Shown: positions 6,933 through 14,970 of the stretch, piece by piece
Layout of the letters: every line of letters starts with the position of its first letter
Numbering within the stretch: the first letter of the stretch is position 1
IMG/VR virus record: IMGVR_UViG_3300025773_000003
Location: 1 to 36,136 of that record
DNA from: a virus
Taxonomy: Duplodnaviria > Caudoviricetes
Strand: one strand, 5' to 3'
Length of the DNA stretch: 36,136 nucleotides
Program-made: the position numbers and the translations under genes
The notes under the pieces: model-generated
Told to the model about the DNA's origin: nothing
Database searches by the model: none
Seen by the model: only the letters and a program-made list of their open reading frames with translations

Positions 6933-7377
6933 ATTTTTAGAGCTTCGCAAGATCAATGTTAACGACCATACCGAGCGCAAAGGCCGTTTTACTTATCTTT
7001 CTTGGGCATGGGCCACAGATCAGTTGCTTCAAGCTGATCCTACAGCAAGCTGGGATTACAAACTATTTCAACAAGCTGATGGGTCTTTGTTGCCTTATTG
7101 CGCCATTGGCGATACAGGCATGGTATTTTGCACAGTTCATGCTTTTGGTAAAGCAATGACATCACAGTTACCAATCATTAACAATATGAATAAACCGATT
7201 GCCAATCCTAATGCAATGGATGTCAATACTGCTATGCAACGATGCTTAGTTAAAGCGATTGCCTTGCATGGCATTGGTTTGTATATCTATGCTGGCGAGG
7301 ATTTGCCAGAAGATGAAGCACCAAAACAAGTGAAGTCTAGTCAATCAATGAAGTCTGTAGCAGAAGATATTTTATAA
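6925..7377 (+). CDS. DUF1071/Sak3-like single-strand annealing protein
   Basis: KGRFTYLSWAWA and NTAMQRCLVKAIALHGIGLYIYAGEDLP motifs; GGAGG RBS before ATG 6925. Confidence 0.85.
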   Translation: MSKFLELRKINVNDHTERKGRFTYLSWAWATDQLLQADPTASWDYKLFQQADGSLLPYCAIGDTGMVFCTVHAFGKAMTSQLPIINNMNKPIANPNAMDVNTAMQRCLVKAIALHGIGLYIYAGEDLPEDEAPKQVKSSQSMKSVAEDIL

Positions 7378-7388
7378 GGGGAAATAGC

Positions 7389-7652
7389 ATGGCATATACA
7401 CCAAAAGAAGGTTCAGGAAGTTTGTTTAAAAATGAGCGTAAGGCTTCTGACAACCATCCTGACTTTACTGGAACAATTATGGTCAATGGCAAAGAACATT
7501 ACTTATCTGCCTGGACTAAGACATCCACTAAAGGATCAAAGTTTCTTAGCGTATCAATCGGCAAAGAAAAAATCCCACAAGGATTTAAACCAGCAGGATC
7601 AGACGAACTACCAAAGGATGATCCGTTTATAGATGATAGTACCCCGTTCTAA
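7389..7652 (+). CDS. SSB-like ssDNA-binding protein
   Basis: GSLFKN...HPDFTG...LSAW...FLSVSI and acidic tail ending DDSTPF; follows the annealing protein. Confidence 0.75.
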   Translation: MAYTPKEGSGSLFKNERKASDNHPDFTGTIMVNGKEHYLSAWTKTSTKGSKFLSVSIGKEKIPQGFKPAGSDELPKDDPFIDDSTPF

Positions 7653-7663
7653 AGGAGAACACT

Positions 7664-7870
7664 ATGCAGAACCAAATTAAAAACCTTGTTGAGCAAAGCT
7701 CTAAAATAAGTTGGCAGCCAGTAGGTGTAGATGAGGAGCAACTGCTTATCAGCTTTACACCAGAAGATTTAGCTGCTGTAATTAATGCGGTTCTGCACGT
7801 TGCTGCCAATATGTGCGAGAACTATTACGATTCAGAACGTATCCTTGATTACGCAAAAGGAATTAAATGA
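7664..7870 (+). CDS. Hypothetical protein
   Basis: AAGGAG RBS; ATGA coupling to the next gene. Confidence 0.7.
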   Translation: MQNQIKNLVEQSSKISWQPVGVDEEQLLISFTPEDLAAVINAVLHVAANMCENYYDSERILDYAKGIK

Positions 7871-8124
7871 CTTGCCGAGTATGTAAGTTTTTTGTATTTA
7901 ATCAAAACGATATGATGGGAGCTTGTAAACTCAACCCTGTGGTGATTAATAAAATGCCACAGGACTGGTGCGGGCAAGAAATTCCTGTAGAGTATGAAGA
8001 ACCAGGCATTACAATAACTGTTGCTCCAAAGGCTACAACTGTTGCCCAAGAGACAACATACGATATACACACGGATGCAGTAAAACCAAAAAGGGGAAGA
8101 AAAAATGCAGGAACAAAAGAGTGA
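7867..8124 (+). CDS. Cys-rich (metal-binding) hypothetical protein
   Basis: CxxC...C...WCG pattern with basic tail; AAGGA RBS. Confidence 0.65.
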   Translation: MTCRVCKFFVFNQNDMMGACKLNPVVINKMPQDWCGQEIPVEYEEPGITITVAPKATTVAQETTYDIHTDAVKPKRGRKNAGTKE

Positions 8125-8875
8125 ATCAGGCCATTGGTACACCAAAGATGGAGAGCCAGCCTATACGATTGAACGAGCCGATGGAAAAGGATTCCGCAAC
8201 ACGACTCTTAGAGATGCAAAAAAGCTGGGCCTTTTACCGAGCGTTACTACCATTCTCGGTGTGGCGTCAAAGCCTGGACTCCAGAATTGGCTTCAGCAGC
8301 AGGCTATCCTTGCAGCCCTAACGCTACCACGCAATGAGGGCGAGTCTGAGGAAGATTACTTAGACCGAGTTCTCAATGACTCTAAGGCACAAGGCAGAGA
8401 TGCAGCCGATAGAGGAACACAGATCCACGGCATCTTAGAAGCCTTTTTTAGCCAAGTTTTACTGCCTGAAGTACCTGAGTATTGCCGTAACGCAGAAAAC
8501 GCCTTAAAAGCCTCGTTTGGCAATCGCCTATGGGTTACTGAGAAGTCTGGTAGCCATGAGCTAGGATTTGCTGGAAAAGTGGACTTACACGCTAAAGGCG
8601 ATAAAATTAAGGGCATTGTTCCTGTAGTTGCAGATTTTAAGACAAAAGAAGTCCCTTTAGAAAAGGTCGTTCCATACGAAGATCATATCATGCAGTTGGC
8701 TGCCTACCGAGAGTTATTAGGCTTGTCAGATGCCCGGTGCGCTATTGTCTTTGTTAACGGATTGACCAATGAAGTCAAGGTCTGCGAGATTGAGGAAGCC
8801 GATTTGCAGAAGGGCCTAAAGTGCTTTTTTCATCTGCTACGCTTCTACCAAATTAAAAGCGGATTGGTCGTATAA
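8105..8875 (+). CDS. PD-(D/E)XK exonuclease (Cas4/RecB-like)
   Basis: LPSVTTIL, RGTQIH, FAGKVDL, ADFKT, QLAAY motifs. Confidence 0.85.
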   Translation: MQEQKSESGHWYTKDGEPAYTIERADGKGFRNTTLRDAKKLGLLPSVTTILGVASKPGLQNWLQQQAILAALTLPRNEGESEEDYLDRVLNDSKAQGRDAADRGTQIHGILEAFFSQVLLPEVPEYCRNAENALKASFGNRLWVTEKSGSHELGFAGKVDLHAKGDKIKGIVPVVADFKTKEVPLEKVVPYEDHIMQLAAYRELLGLSDARCAIVFVNGLTNEVKVCEIEEADLQKGLKCFFHLLRFYQIKSGLVV

Positions 8876-8881
8876 TATCTT

Positions 8882-8940
8882 TGGGGCTGGGTTGGTGATC
8901 CCCCGCCAAAATTCCTTCCGTGAGGATTCCAGCCCCACCT
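8882..8940 (+). ncRNA. Candidate small three-helix RNA (C4/CI-like antisense RNA)
   Basis: 9-bp closing stem TGGGGCTGG/CCAGCCCCA enclosing two hairpins; perfect TATAAT at 8871-8876. Confidence 0.55.
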
Positions 8941-8943
8941 TAA

Positions 8944-8961
8944 TGTTGTTTTATTGCAACT
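8944..8961. promoter_or_regulatory. TGTTG-N8-CAACA family palindrome (1 mismatch)
   Basis: TGTTG TTTTATTG CAACT, intergenic. Confidence 0.5.
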
Positions 8962-8986
8962 TAGGGTTTTCCTTATAAAAAATAGT

Positions 8987-9019
8987 TTGACACCTATGCT
9001 ACAGACAAAGAAACTGTAG
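8987..9019 (+). promoter_or_regulatory. Promoter with overlapping inverted repeat (putative operator)
   Basis: Perfect TTGACA at 8987-8992, weak -10 GAAACT at N17; CTACAG-N9-CTGTAG at 8999-9019. Confidence 0.5.
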
Positions 9020-9054
9020 TTACTCCATGTGGAGTTTTATTTAAGGGGATTTAA

Positions 9055-9234
9055 ATGAAATCAAATTTTATGCCAATGGGTTACAGAAGCAACGATGGCT
9101 GGTTAATTAGTGACCAACAGATGCGTGAACTTCAACAATTTTTTGCTGAAGAATTGCAACTAGAAGTTAGCCCATCGGATTGTTTGCGTATTACCGATGT
9201 ATTCAAAAAGTATTTTGAAAAAGAAGTAGCGTAA
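9055..9234 (+). CDS. Small hypothetical protein (59 aa, MKSNFMPMGYRS...), not in ORF track
   Basis: Translated by hand; strong RBS AAGGGGA. Confidence 0.75.
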   Translation: MKSNFMPMGYRSNDGWLISDQQMRELQQFFAEELQLEVSPSDCLRITDVFKKYFEKEVA

Positions 9235-9240
9235 GTTTAC

Positions 9241-9307
9241 ACAGGGCAAGCATACTTTAGCTCAATAAGCCGAGGGTGTACGACTAAGCAGCTTGTCCTG
9301 TTTTTTG
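9241..9307 (+). terminator. Terminator-like or attenuator structure
   Basis: ACAGGGCAAGC/GCTTGTCCTGT stem with a large structured interior, followed by a T run. Confidence 0.5.
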
Positions 9308-9321
9308 GCTTAGGGGGAATT

Positions 9322-9504
9322 ATGAAAGACGGACATTACATAACTACTGTTATATTTGGTAATACAGAGATTGAGCTTTATGGTTACAACCATGATATCA
9401 GTTACGCTTATATTGATAACCATGACGCAACAGAAATGTTTATTGATTTAAATGTATTTGATAAATTGATTGATGCAGCTTATGACAACAAGCCTTGGGC
9501 TTAA
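9322..9504 (+). CDS. Hypothetical protein
   Basis: RBS AGGGGGA. Confidence 0.7.
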   Translation: MKDGHYITTVIFGNTEIELYGYNHDISYAYIDNHDATEMFIDLNVFDKLIDAAYDNKPWA

Positions 9505-9514
9505 AGGGGGAATT

Positions 9515-9595
9515 ATGAAAACAGCAATAATTGAATGGATTGGCGTAATACTGCTAGGCCTAATTTTGGGCGCAATGTTTGGCTGGGGGTTCTAA
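9515..9595 (+). CDS. 26-aa single-TM microprotein (MKTAIIEWIGVILLGLILGAMFGWGF)
   Basis: RBS AAGGGGGA; TAATG coupling to the next gene. Confidence 0.7.
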   Translation: MKTAIIEWIGVILLGLILGAMFGWGF

Positions 9596-9843
9596 TGAAA
9601 TTGAACCCTGAATTTGAAAGCCCTGACTTTGCTCAATACAAGTGCTATCTTGTGGGCGGTGTCTTGCATCTTCCGCATTACACCAAGCCAGGCGTGTATG
9701 TAGCACCAACCATCTGCCAGGGTGTCATCAATGGCAGACCTGATTACAAAACTCCAGAGTATTCACAGATCCAGCTCAAAATGATGGGTGCTATAGAAAC
9801 TTTAGAGACCTTGTGGAAAACTTATGCGAGGGATGATAAATGA
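9595..9843 (+). CDS. Hypothetical protein
   Basis: Start moved to ATG 9595 (TAATG overlap). Confidence 0.65.
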   Translation: MKLNPEFESPDFAQYKCYLVGGVLHLPHYTKPGVYVAPTICQGVINGRPDYKTPEYSQIQLKMMGAIETLETLWKTYARDDK

Positions 9844-10034
9844 AGCCTAAAGACCTAGCAGATTATTTAGAGGCCAATGTAACCCCTACTTTAGCAATAG
9901 CTGGGGACATTACTATGGATAGCATTATCAAAGTCTTGCGTAAGCAACAAGAGGACTTAGAGTATATGCAAGAGCAATTTGATCGTTCTATTGAATTTTT
10001 AGCCAAATGCAACGGATGGAGCAAAAATAAATGA
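9840..10034 (+). CDS. Hypothetical protein
   Basis: ATGA overlaps on both sides. Confidence 0.65.
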   Translation: MKPKDLADYLEANVTPTLAIAGDITMDSIIKVLRKQQEDLEYMQEQFDRSIEFLAKCNGWSKNK

Positions 10035-10228
10035 GCTATGAGAACTTTACTTTACGCATGAGCCGACCAACGCCTAGAACGCTCTCAGAGGCTTTAAAAG
10101 ACGCTGAGTATGCTACCGCCATTACTAGACCTGAAGAACCCGAATACGACCTCTTATGGGGCTTTTTAGGGGCTTTATTGTTTGTAGCTGTGTTCGGTTA
10201 TGGCTTTTGGCGGTATGTCAACCTATAA
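10031..10228 (+). CDS. Small membrane-anchored protein
   Basis: TPRTLSEA segment and C-terminal TM helix. Confidence 0.7.
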   Translation: MSYENFTLRMSRPTPRTLSEALKDAEYATAITRPEEPEYDLLWGFLGALLFVAVFGYGFWRYVNL

Positions 10229-10652
10229 GCCGTTTAGCCAAGATTTACACGATGTATATGATGCGCCTGCTCGTCAAGCTGTATCTATTTGGATGCAGAT
10301 GAAAAAAGGTTATGAAGTGCGGGAAAACCCTAATCGCTATGGAGTTGACTTAATCTGCTTTCGATCAGGTTCTCCAGTTGGTGCGCTTGAGGTAGAAGTT
10401 CGTCAATTAGGTTTTGACCAACATCGTAGTATTCACGTAGCGCAGCGCAAAGAAAAACTATTTCAGGAAGGTCTGCCGACTCTATTTTTTGCCTTAACTC
10501 AGGACTTACATCGTGCTTATTACCTGAAAGCAGACTTGATAAAAGATTGCCCATTGGTAGAAGTCCATAATCGTTATGTTGGTAAAGGGGAAATGTTTTA
10601 CGATGTCCCGATTACCATGTTCAAAATCGCTAACCTTACGGATGTATTTTAA
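10215..10652 (+). CDS. Putative PD-(D/E)XK-fold nuclease-like protein
   Basis: YGVDL...LEVEVR pattern; likely start MSTYKPF at 10215. Confidence 0.6.
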   Translation: MSTYKPFSQDLHDVYDAPARQAVSIWMQMKKGYEVRENPNRYGVDLICFRSGSPVGALEVEVRQLGFDQHRSIHVAQRKEKLFQEGLPTLFFALTQDLHRAYYLKADLIKDCPLVEVHNRYVGKGEMFYDVPITMFKIANLTDVF

Positions 10653-10855
10653 TATTTACGCATTGAAGGCAATGGAGCTTCTTTTTGGCTTGATCCATGT
10701 TCAGCGTGGTGCGCTTTTTCCATAGGCAAAGCAATATGTTTATCCAGCTTTCGCTCAAGACGTTCTACTTCCTTCTCAATGCGATGAGGGGATTCTTTTA
10801 CATAATGGCCTTTTGGGGACTCGTGTGTTTTACCTTCGATTTTGAAGTTGGTCAT
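10649..10855 (-). CDS. His/Lys-rich hypothetical protein, last late gene
   Basis: ATGA coupling to the endolysin; stop overlaps the stop of the convergent early gene. Confidence 0.65.
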   Translation of the reverse strand: MTNFKIEGKTHESPKGHYVKESPHRIEKEVERLERKLDKHIALPMEKAHHAEHGSSQKEAPLPSMRKY

Positions 10856-11367
10856 AGTGTTTCTCCGATCATATTTAATGCGTTAAATTTTACATCTTCT
10901 ACTCTTTTTAACCACCCTTTGCCAAAAGTGCCAAAGGTAGGTAATGATTCATAAAAGCTAGTCTTTCGATTGCTGTAGGCATCTACAACATCTTTTGGGT
11001 CTTTTTGAGCAATCAACTGCATAGTGCGTGGGCCAATCACTCCATCGGGAACACAGCCCATAGCTTCTTGTAAGAGCTTTACGGCTCTGCCTGGCCCCAT
11101 ATTTACCGCAGCATCAAACGCCATATAATCCACGCCCACAGGCAACTGGTTTGCATAACAAGCCATAAAATACTTAGCTTGATACATAGGGGCTACATCG
11201 GCAGGGGTTAGACCTTTCATAGTCTTAACTTCATGCCCGACCCATTCTTCCCAGACTTTTTTAGTTACGCCAAGATTGGTTTCACCGCCAGGGTCTGCTG
11301 GATTGTTTACCCAACCGCCTTCTGACTTTAATACAAGGTCAAGGCACTTTTGAAAATTATTTTGCAC
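10852..11367 (-). CDS. Endolysin, glycoside hydrolase family 108 with peptidoglycan-binding domain
   Basis: EGGWVNNPADPGGETNLGVT, FDAAVNMG, DGVIGPRT, FGKGWLKRV. Confidence 0.92.
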   Translation of the reverse strand: MQNNFQKCLDLVLKSEGGWVNNPADPGGETNLGVTKKVWEEWVGHEVKTMKGLTPADVAPMYQAKYFMACYANQLPVGVDYMAFDAAVNMGPGRAVKLLQEAMGCVPDGVIGPRTMQLIAQKDPKDVVDAYSNRKTSFYESLPTFGTFGKGWLKRVEDVKFNALNMIGETL

Positions 11368-11578
11368 TATCTGATCCTATTTTTATGCCTGTAATTAAAC
11401 CAATAAAACCACCAACGATGGTCTGAAATGCAGGGCCAACTATTTCAAATAGTTTATTGTTATCTACCTGAGGATCAAAGAATCCAAACATAAACACAGT
11501 AACCATAGCCAATACAGTTACACATAAAGTAAATGTAGCTATTAAAGTTACCCAAGAAGCTAATTGTTCGTTATTCAT
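11357..11578 (-). CDS. Two-TM membrane protein (holin-like)
   Basis: Two hydrophobic helices; within the lysis cassette. Confidence 0.6.
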   Translation of the reverse strand: MNNEQLASWVTLIATFTLCVTVLAMVTVFMFGFFDPQVDNNKLFEIVGPAFQTIVGGFIGLITGIKIGSDSAK

Positions 11579-11997
11579 TTTAAATTAACTTGTTGATTAA
11601 CCCATTCTTGTAGGGTCATTAATTGTTCGGTTGTTTGGGCGCATTGCTCGGCAACAAGTAATACGTTATGGGTTTCTCCATTAATTGTGATGGTGGCGTT
11701 GGGGTCGGAGGACACGACACCGCTACGGGAGTTGAGCATCCCGCTATAAAAAGTATGGATATTAGTAAGGCGAGCTTCGTAAGTTTGCTTAATGTTTTCA
11801 TTAATTAATTCCTGTTCCTTAATTTTTGCTGCCGTTTCAGCCTGTTGTTTTTCTCCAGCAATTTGGACTTCCTGTTTGTAATCCACAAAGCGCAGATGCT
11901 CAACATAAAAGCCAGCACTAAACCCACCAAATACAAGAGCAATATAAAGGTAAACTTGTCCACCAAAACCACCAATCAATTTAAGTAAAAAGTTCAT
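11575..11997 (-). CDS. Rz: Rz-like inner-membrane spanin
   Basis: N-terminal TM, coiled-coil region, C-terminal Cys; contains an embedded lipoprotein gene. Confidence 0.8.
   Translation of the reverse strand: MNFLLKLIGGFGGQVYLYIALVFGGFSAGFYVEHLRFVDYKQEVQIAGEKQQAETAAKIKEQELINENIKQTYEARLTNIHTFYSGMLNSRSGVVSSDPNATITINGETHNVLLVAEQCAQTTEQLMTLQEWVNQQVNLK
11619..11801 (-). CDS. Rz1: Rz1-like outer-membrane lipoprotein spanin, embedded in Rz
   Basis: Signal peptide with lipobox FIAG-C; Pro-rich mature part with a second Cys; alternative frame inside Rz. Confidence 0.85.
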   Translation of the reverse strand: MKTLSKLTKLALLISILFIAGCSTPVAVSCPPTPTPPSQLMEKPITYYLLPSNAPKQPNN

Positions 11998-12224
11998 TGT
12001 GGCTCTGCACCAGCCATGTGTTTACCAGCTACCGCAGCAGCTCCTGAACCCGATACGATGCCCAAAGCACCAGCTAGTTCAGTAAGGCTAATTTCATGTC
12101 CTGCGTAGATTAAATAGATTGCTGCACCTGCAACTACAAAAAAGCCAAGAAACCAAGCCCAACGAGCAATGTCATGAGTCTGATTGTCTTTGCCAGTCAA
12201 AATATGGGTAAAAATTTCGTTCAT
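11994..12224 (-). CDS. Holin-like two-TM protein
   Basis: Two hydrophobic segments; ATGA coupling in the lysis cassette. Confidence 0.65.
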   Translation of the reverse strand: MNEIFTHILTGKDNQTHDIARWAWFLGFFVVAGAAIYLIYAGHEISLTELAGALGIVSGSGAAAVAGKHMAGAEPQ

Positions 12225-12430
12225 TTTTTGTTTAAAAATACATCAACAATAATAGTAATAAAGCCACCGACTACAGATGCTACTCCCATTAAAGCCCATA
12301 AAGAACCCTTAGAACGCTCTGCCATAGCTAGAAGGGTTTTGATGTCATGGCGCATTTCGTTCATTTCACGCTCCATAGCCTCAACCTTTTGCCACATTAC
12401 TCCGACTTTAACTGGATCAATCTCAACCAT
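12221..12430 (-). CDS. Coiled-coil plus single-TM protein (holin/antiholin-like)
   Basis: N-terminal heptads, C-terminal TM, basic end. Confidence 0.6.
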   Translation of the reverse strand: MVEIDPVKVGVMWQKVEAMEREMNEMRHDIKTLLAMAERSKGSLWALMGVASVVGGFITIIVDVFLNKK

Positions 12431-12432
12431 GA

Positions 12433-13149
12433 TTACGACTTCATAATATAGGCCAAAGCGTAATAAGGTGGCATATTTGCGCCTGACCCGCTTACACCAG
12501 TTGTTGCGTTGGCTACAGTAATACCAGTAAATGCAGTATCTGTAGTTTGAGATCCGCTTCTTACGCCAACTTGATTGCCTGGTTGTCCAGCAATAGTTGT
12601 GCTAAAAATTCCGTGAACGTGACCTGGGTCTGTAACAGTCGCAGCGTGGGTATGACTTACTACAATAGCATCAGTAGAACCGCCAGTAGCTCCTACAGCA
12701 TAAGTATTTCCTGCGCCCAATACAAACGAATTACGCAAGTCAGGTGTGCCATTAGCACCATTACATAATAACCAACCACTAGGAATAGATCCTGTAGAGC
12801 CTGACCAAATAGCAATTAAACCGCTTGGAACTGTATTAGATACAGCAGGGGCATTTTGCAAAATACCATATAGATTATCAAGGGTAATTAAACTTGTGCC
12901 TGATGCGCTTTGAATAATAAATTTATAGCTATAGCCTTGTAGCAACCAAATTTCATTAGGAACACGACCTGAGCTATCTAAAACGATAGGATTGGCATTA
13001 GCAGTTGTTCCACCATTGTCGGTATAAGTAGCTAAGGGTGTAGATGATCCAGCTTGATAAGTATAGATAAGACCACCTGAAAGTGGTACACCATTGTTAT
13101 CAAAGTATTGTTGACCTATGCCAACGGATGATAGTAGAACTGATGCCAT
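12433..13149 (-). CDS. Virion protein with tailspike-type N-terminal anchor and tail-collar domain
   Basis: FDNNGVPLSGGLIYTYQAG...NPIVLDSSGR; IPSGWLLCNGANGTPDLR...NMPPYYALAYIMK. Confidence 0.8.
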   Translation of the reverse strand: MASVLLSSVGIGQQYFDNNGVPLSGGLIYTYQAGSSTPLATYTDNGGTTANANPIVLDSSGRVPNEIWLLQGYSYKFIIQSASGTSLITLDNLYGILQNAPAVSNTVPSGLIAIWSGSTGSIPSGWLLCNGANGTPDLRNSFVLGAGNTYAVGATGGSTDAIVVSHTHAATVTDPGHVHGIFSTTIAGQPGNQVGVRSGSQTTDTAFTGITVANATTGVSGSGANMPPYYALAYIMKS

Positions 13150-13158
13150 TATGTTTCC

Positions 13159-14970
13159 TTATTGTGCGCTAGACAAAAGTCCACGCAATGTAGTTACAGG
13201 GATATTTTTTGTTCTTGCTTCAACTTCTGGTCTTTCACCCAAACGCATCATATCGGCAAGATTTGATACGCTTTGTTTGCGTAATGTTTCTGCGCTTTTT
13301 CTTGCTCCCATAGCACCAAGAGCAAAAGGAACTCCTAATGTTGGTTCTGCATAAGCTGCACCACCAGTAAATATGCTTGTTACTGGGCCAGTAGGTGCAA
13401 ATCTTCCATAAAATTTAAGAAGATTTTGGACTTTTCCACCTTTAGCGGCTTCTTTAATAGCTTCTTGTTCTTCAGCACTAAACATACGCATTTTCTTGTC
13501 ATTTTTAGCAAGATTGCGTAATTGTGTGGCCAATGAATTTTCTGCACCAGAGGCTGTAAATTTGCTTTGATCTAATTGAGCGTTTTCAAACATATCATCA
13601 AATATTTCAGCTTTTTTAAGTTTGCTATAAGACTTGCGAGCTTCTGCCCAATCTTGTAAACCTTGTTTGCTTCCTGTGCTGATATGATCTGATGGAGCAT
13701 TTAAAACATAATCATCAAAACGATCTTTTAAAATACTTGCCAATCTACGAGTTTCAGGGTCTGCACTTTTTTGTTGACCTTGAATCATTTTGCGAATGGC
13801 TTGCAATTCAGTAAAATCTTTAGGAACATCAGTACGAGCCATTTCCGTAATAACTGCATCAATACCTGGATAGGCTTTAGGAGTAAAACCTTCTGCCCTT
13901 AATTCATGTCCAGTTCTAAACATTTCATCAGCAAACTTGGCGGTATTAAAACGTACGCCAGACTGCTCTGCTTTATTAAATAAATTTTTTGATTCTTGTA
14001 TAAGAGCTTGTTGGCTTGGTGCGTTAGTTGCTTGTCTGCCAAAATTAAAACCAAAAGGAAGTCCCGTAGCCGCACTAGCTAAAGTTCCAATCAAAGGATT
14101 ACCTGTCATTTCTGTAGCTATTTGACCTGCTGCTGCTGAAGGTGCGGAAGCGGCTAACTGTGCTTTAGGTGCTTGTGCCATTTGTGAAGCAAAACTACGC
14201 ATAATAGGGCTTCCAGCTTCAGTAGCCATACGAGAAAAAGCAGGCAACTGTGCGCCTGTGCTTGCCAATGCGCCACCAGCAGATTCAATAGCTCTTTCGC
14301 CCATGCCTGTTGGTTCTGCATAACCTAAATTAGCCATGCCTTTAGAAACAACTTCACTAGGCATTTGCAAATTAGTTCCTGCAACTTTATTAATTGCTGT
14401 ATTTAAAACATCGCCAATAGGCAAAGCCATAGAACCAATTAATGCACCATAAGGGCCTGCTAGCTCGCCTCCAGCAACAGCACCAGTTACAGTAGGAGTC
14501 ATTCCTCTACCAAGCAACTCTGCTGTGCGTGGAATGGTTAAACCCTTTTCTTCTTCTGGCACTTCACCAGCTTTAAGTGCTTCTAATTTTTTTTCAATTA
14601 AACCTTTTTCTTTTTTTTCTTCTGCGGGCGTTAATATTTTTGAAATGTAATCTGATGGGTCTTTTGTAACAAAACCGCCATAAGATGCTAATGCTTTTTC
14701 TTTACTACCAGTTAATTTATAGGCATTAAGCAAATCTTGTTTAGCCATTTCTCTAGCTTGATCTCTGTCAAAAGGATTAAATTTAATACCTTTTTGATGA
14801 AATTCAGCAACTCTATGAGGCATAAATTGATATGCACCCATAGCACCTGTTTCTTTATTTACAGCGTGAGGATTACCACCGCTTTCAACCTGTTCAAGGC
14901 GATCTAATTCTTCTTCTGTAAAAGGATTTTCAGCTTTTTTTCGAGCAGTTAAATAATCTTCGTAACCCAT
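13159..14970 (-). CDS. DNA ejection protein with N-terminal lytic transglycosylase domain
   Basis: VESGGNPHAVN..GAMGAYQFMP SLT motifs; Ala/Gly-rich helical body; P22 gp16-like position. Confidence 0.8.
   Translation of the reverse strand: MGYEDYLTARKKAENPFTEEELDRLEQVESGGNPHAVNKETGAMGAYQFMPHRVAEFHQKGIKFNPFDRDQAREMAKQDLLNAYKLTGSKEKALASYGGFVTKDPSDYISKILTPAEEKKEKGLIEKKLEALKAGEVPEEEKGLTIPRTAELLGRGMTPTVTGAVAGGELAGPYGALIGSMALPIGDVLNTAINKVAGTNLQMPSEVVSKGMANLGYAEPTGMGERAIESAGGALASTGAQLPAFSRMATEAGSPIMRSFASQMAQAPKAQLAASAPSAAAGQIATEMTGNPLIGTLASAATGLPFGFNFGRQATNAPSQQALIQESKNLFNKAEQSGVRFNTAKFADEMFRTGHELRAEGFTPKAYPGIDAVITEMARTDVPKDFTELQAIRKMIQGQQKSADPETRRLASILKDRFDDYVLNAPSDHISTGSKQGLQDWAEARKSYSKLKKAEIFDDMFENAQLDQSKFTASGAENSLATQLRNLAKNDKKMRMFSAEEQEAIKEAAKGGKVQNLLKFYGRFAPTGPVTSIFTGGAAYAEPTLGVPFALGAMGARKSAETLRKQSVSNLADMMRLGERPEVEARTKNIPVTTLRGLLSSAQ

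Noticed and set aside
8105-8875. Cas4-like nuclease as evidence of a CRISPR system
   Set aside because: No repeat-spacer array or other cas genes seen; its context next to annealing and SSB-like genes indicates recombination
8882-8940. tRNA or tmRNA gene
   Set aside because: Too short, no anticodon arm or canonical T-loop, no G3-U pair; kept as a candidate small RNA
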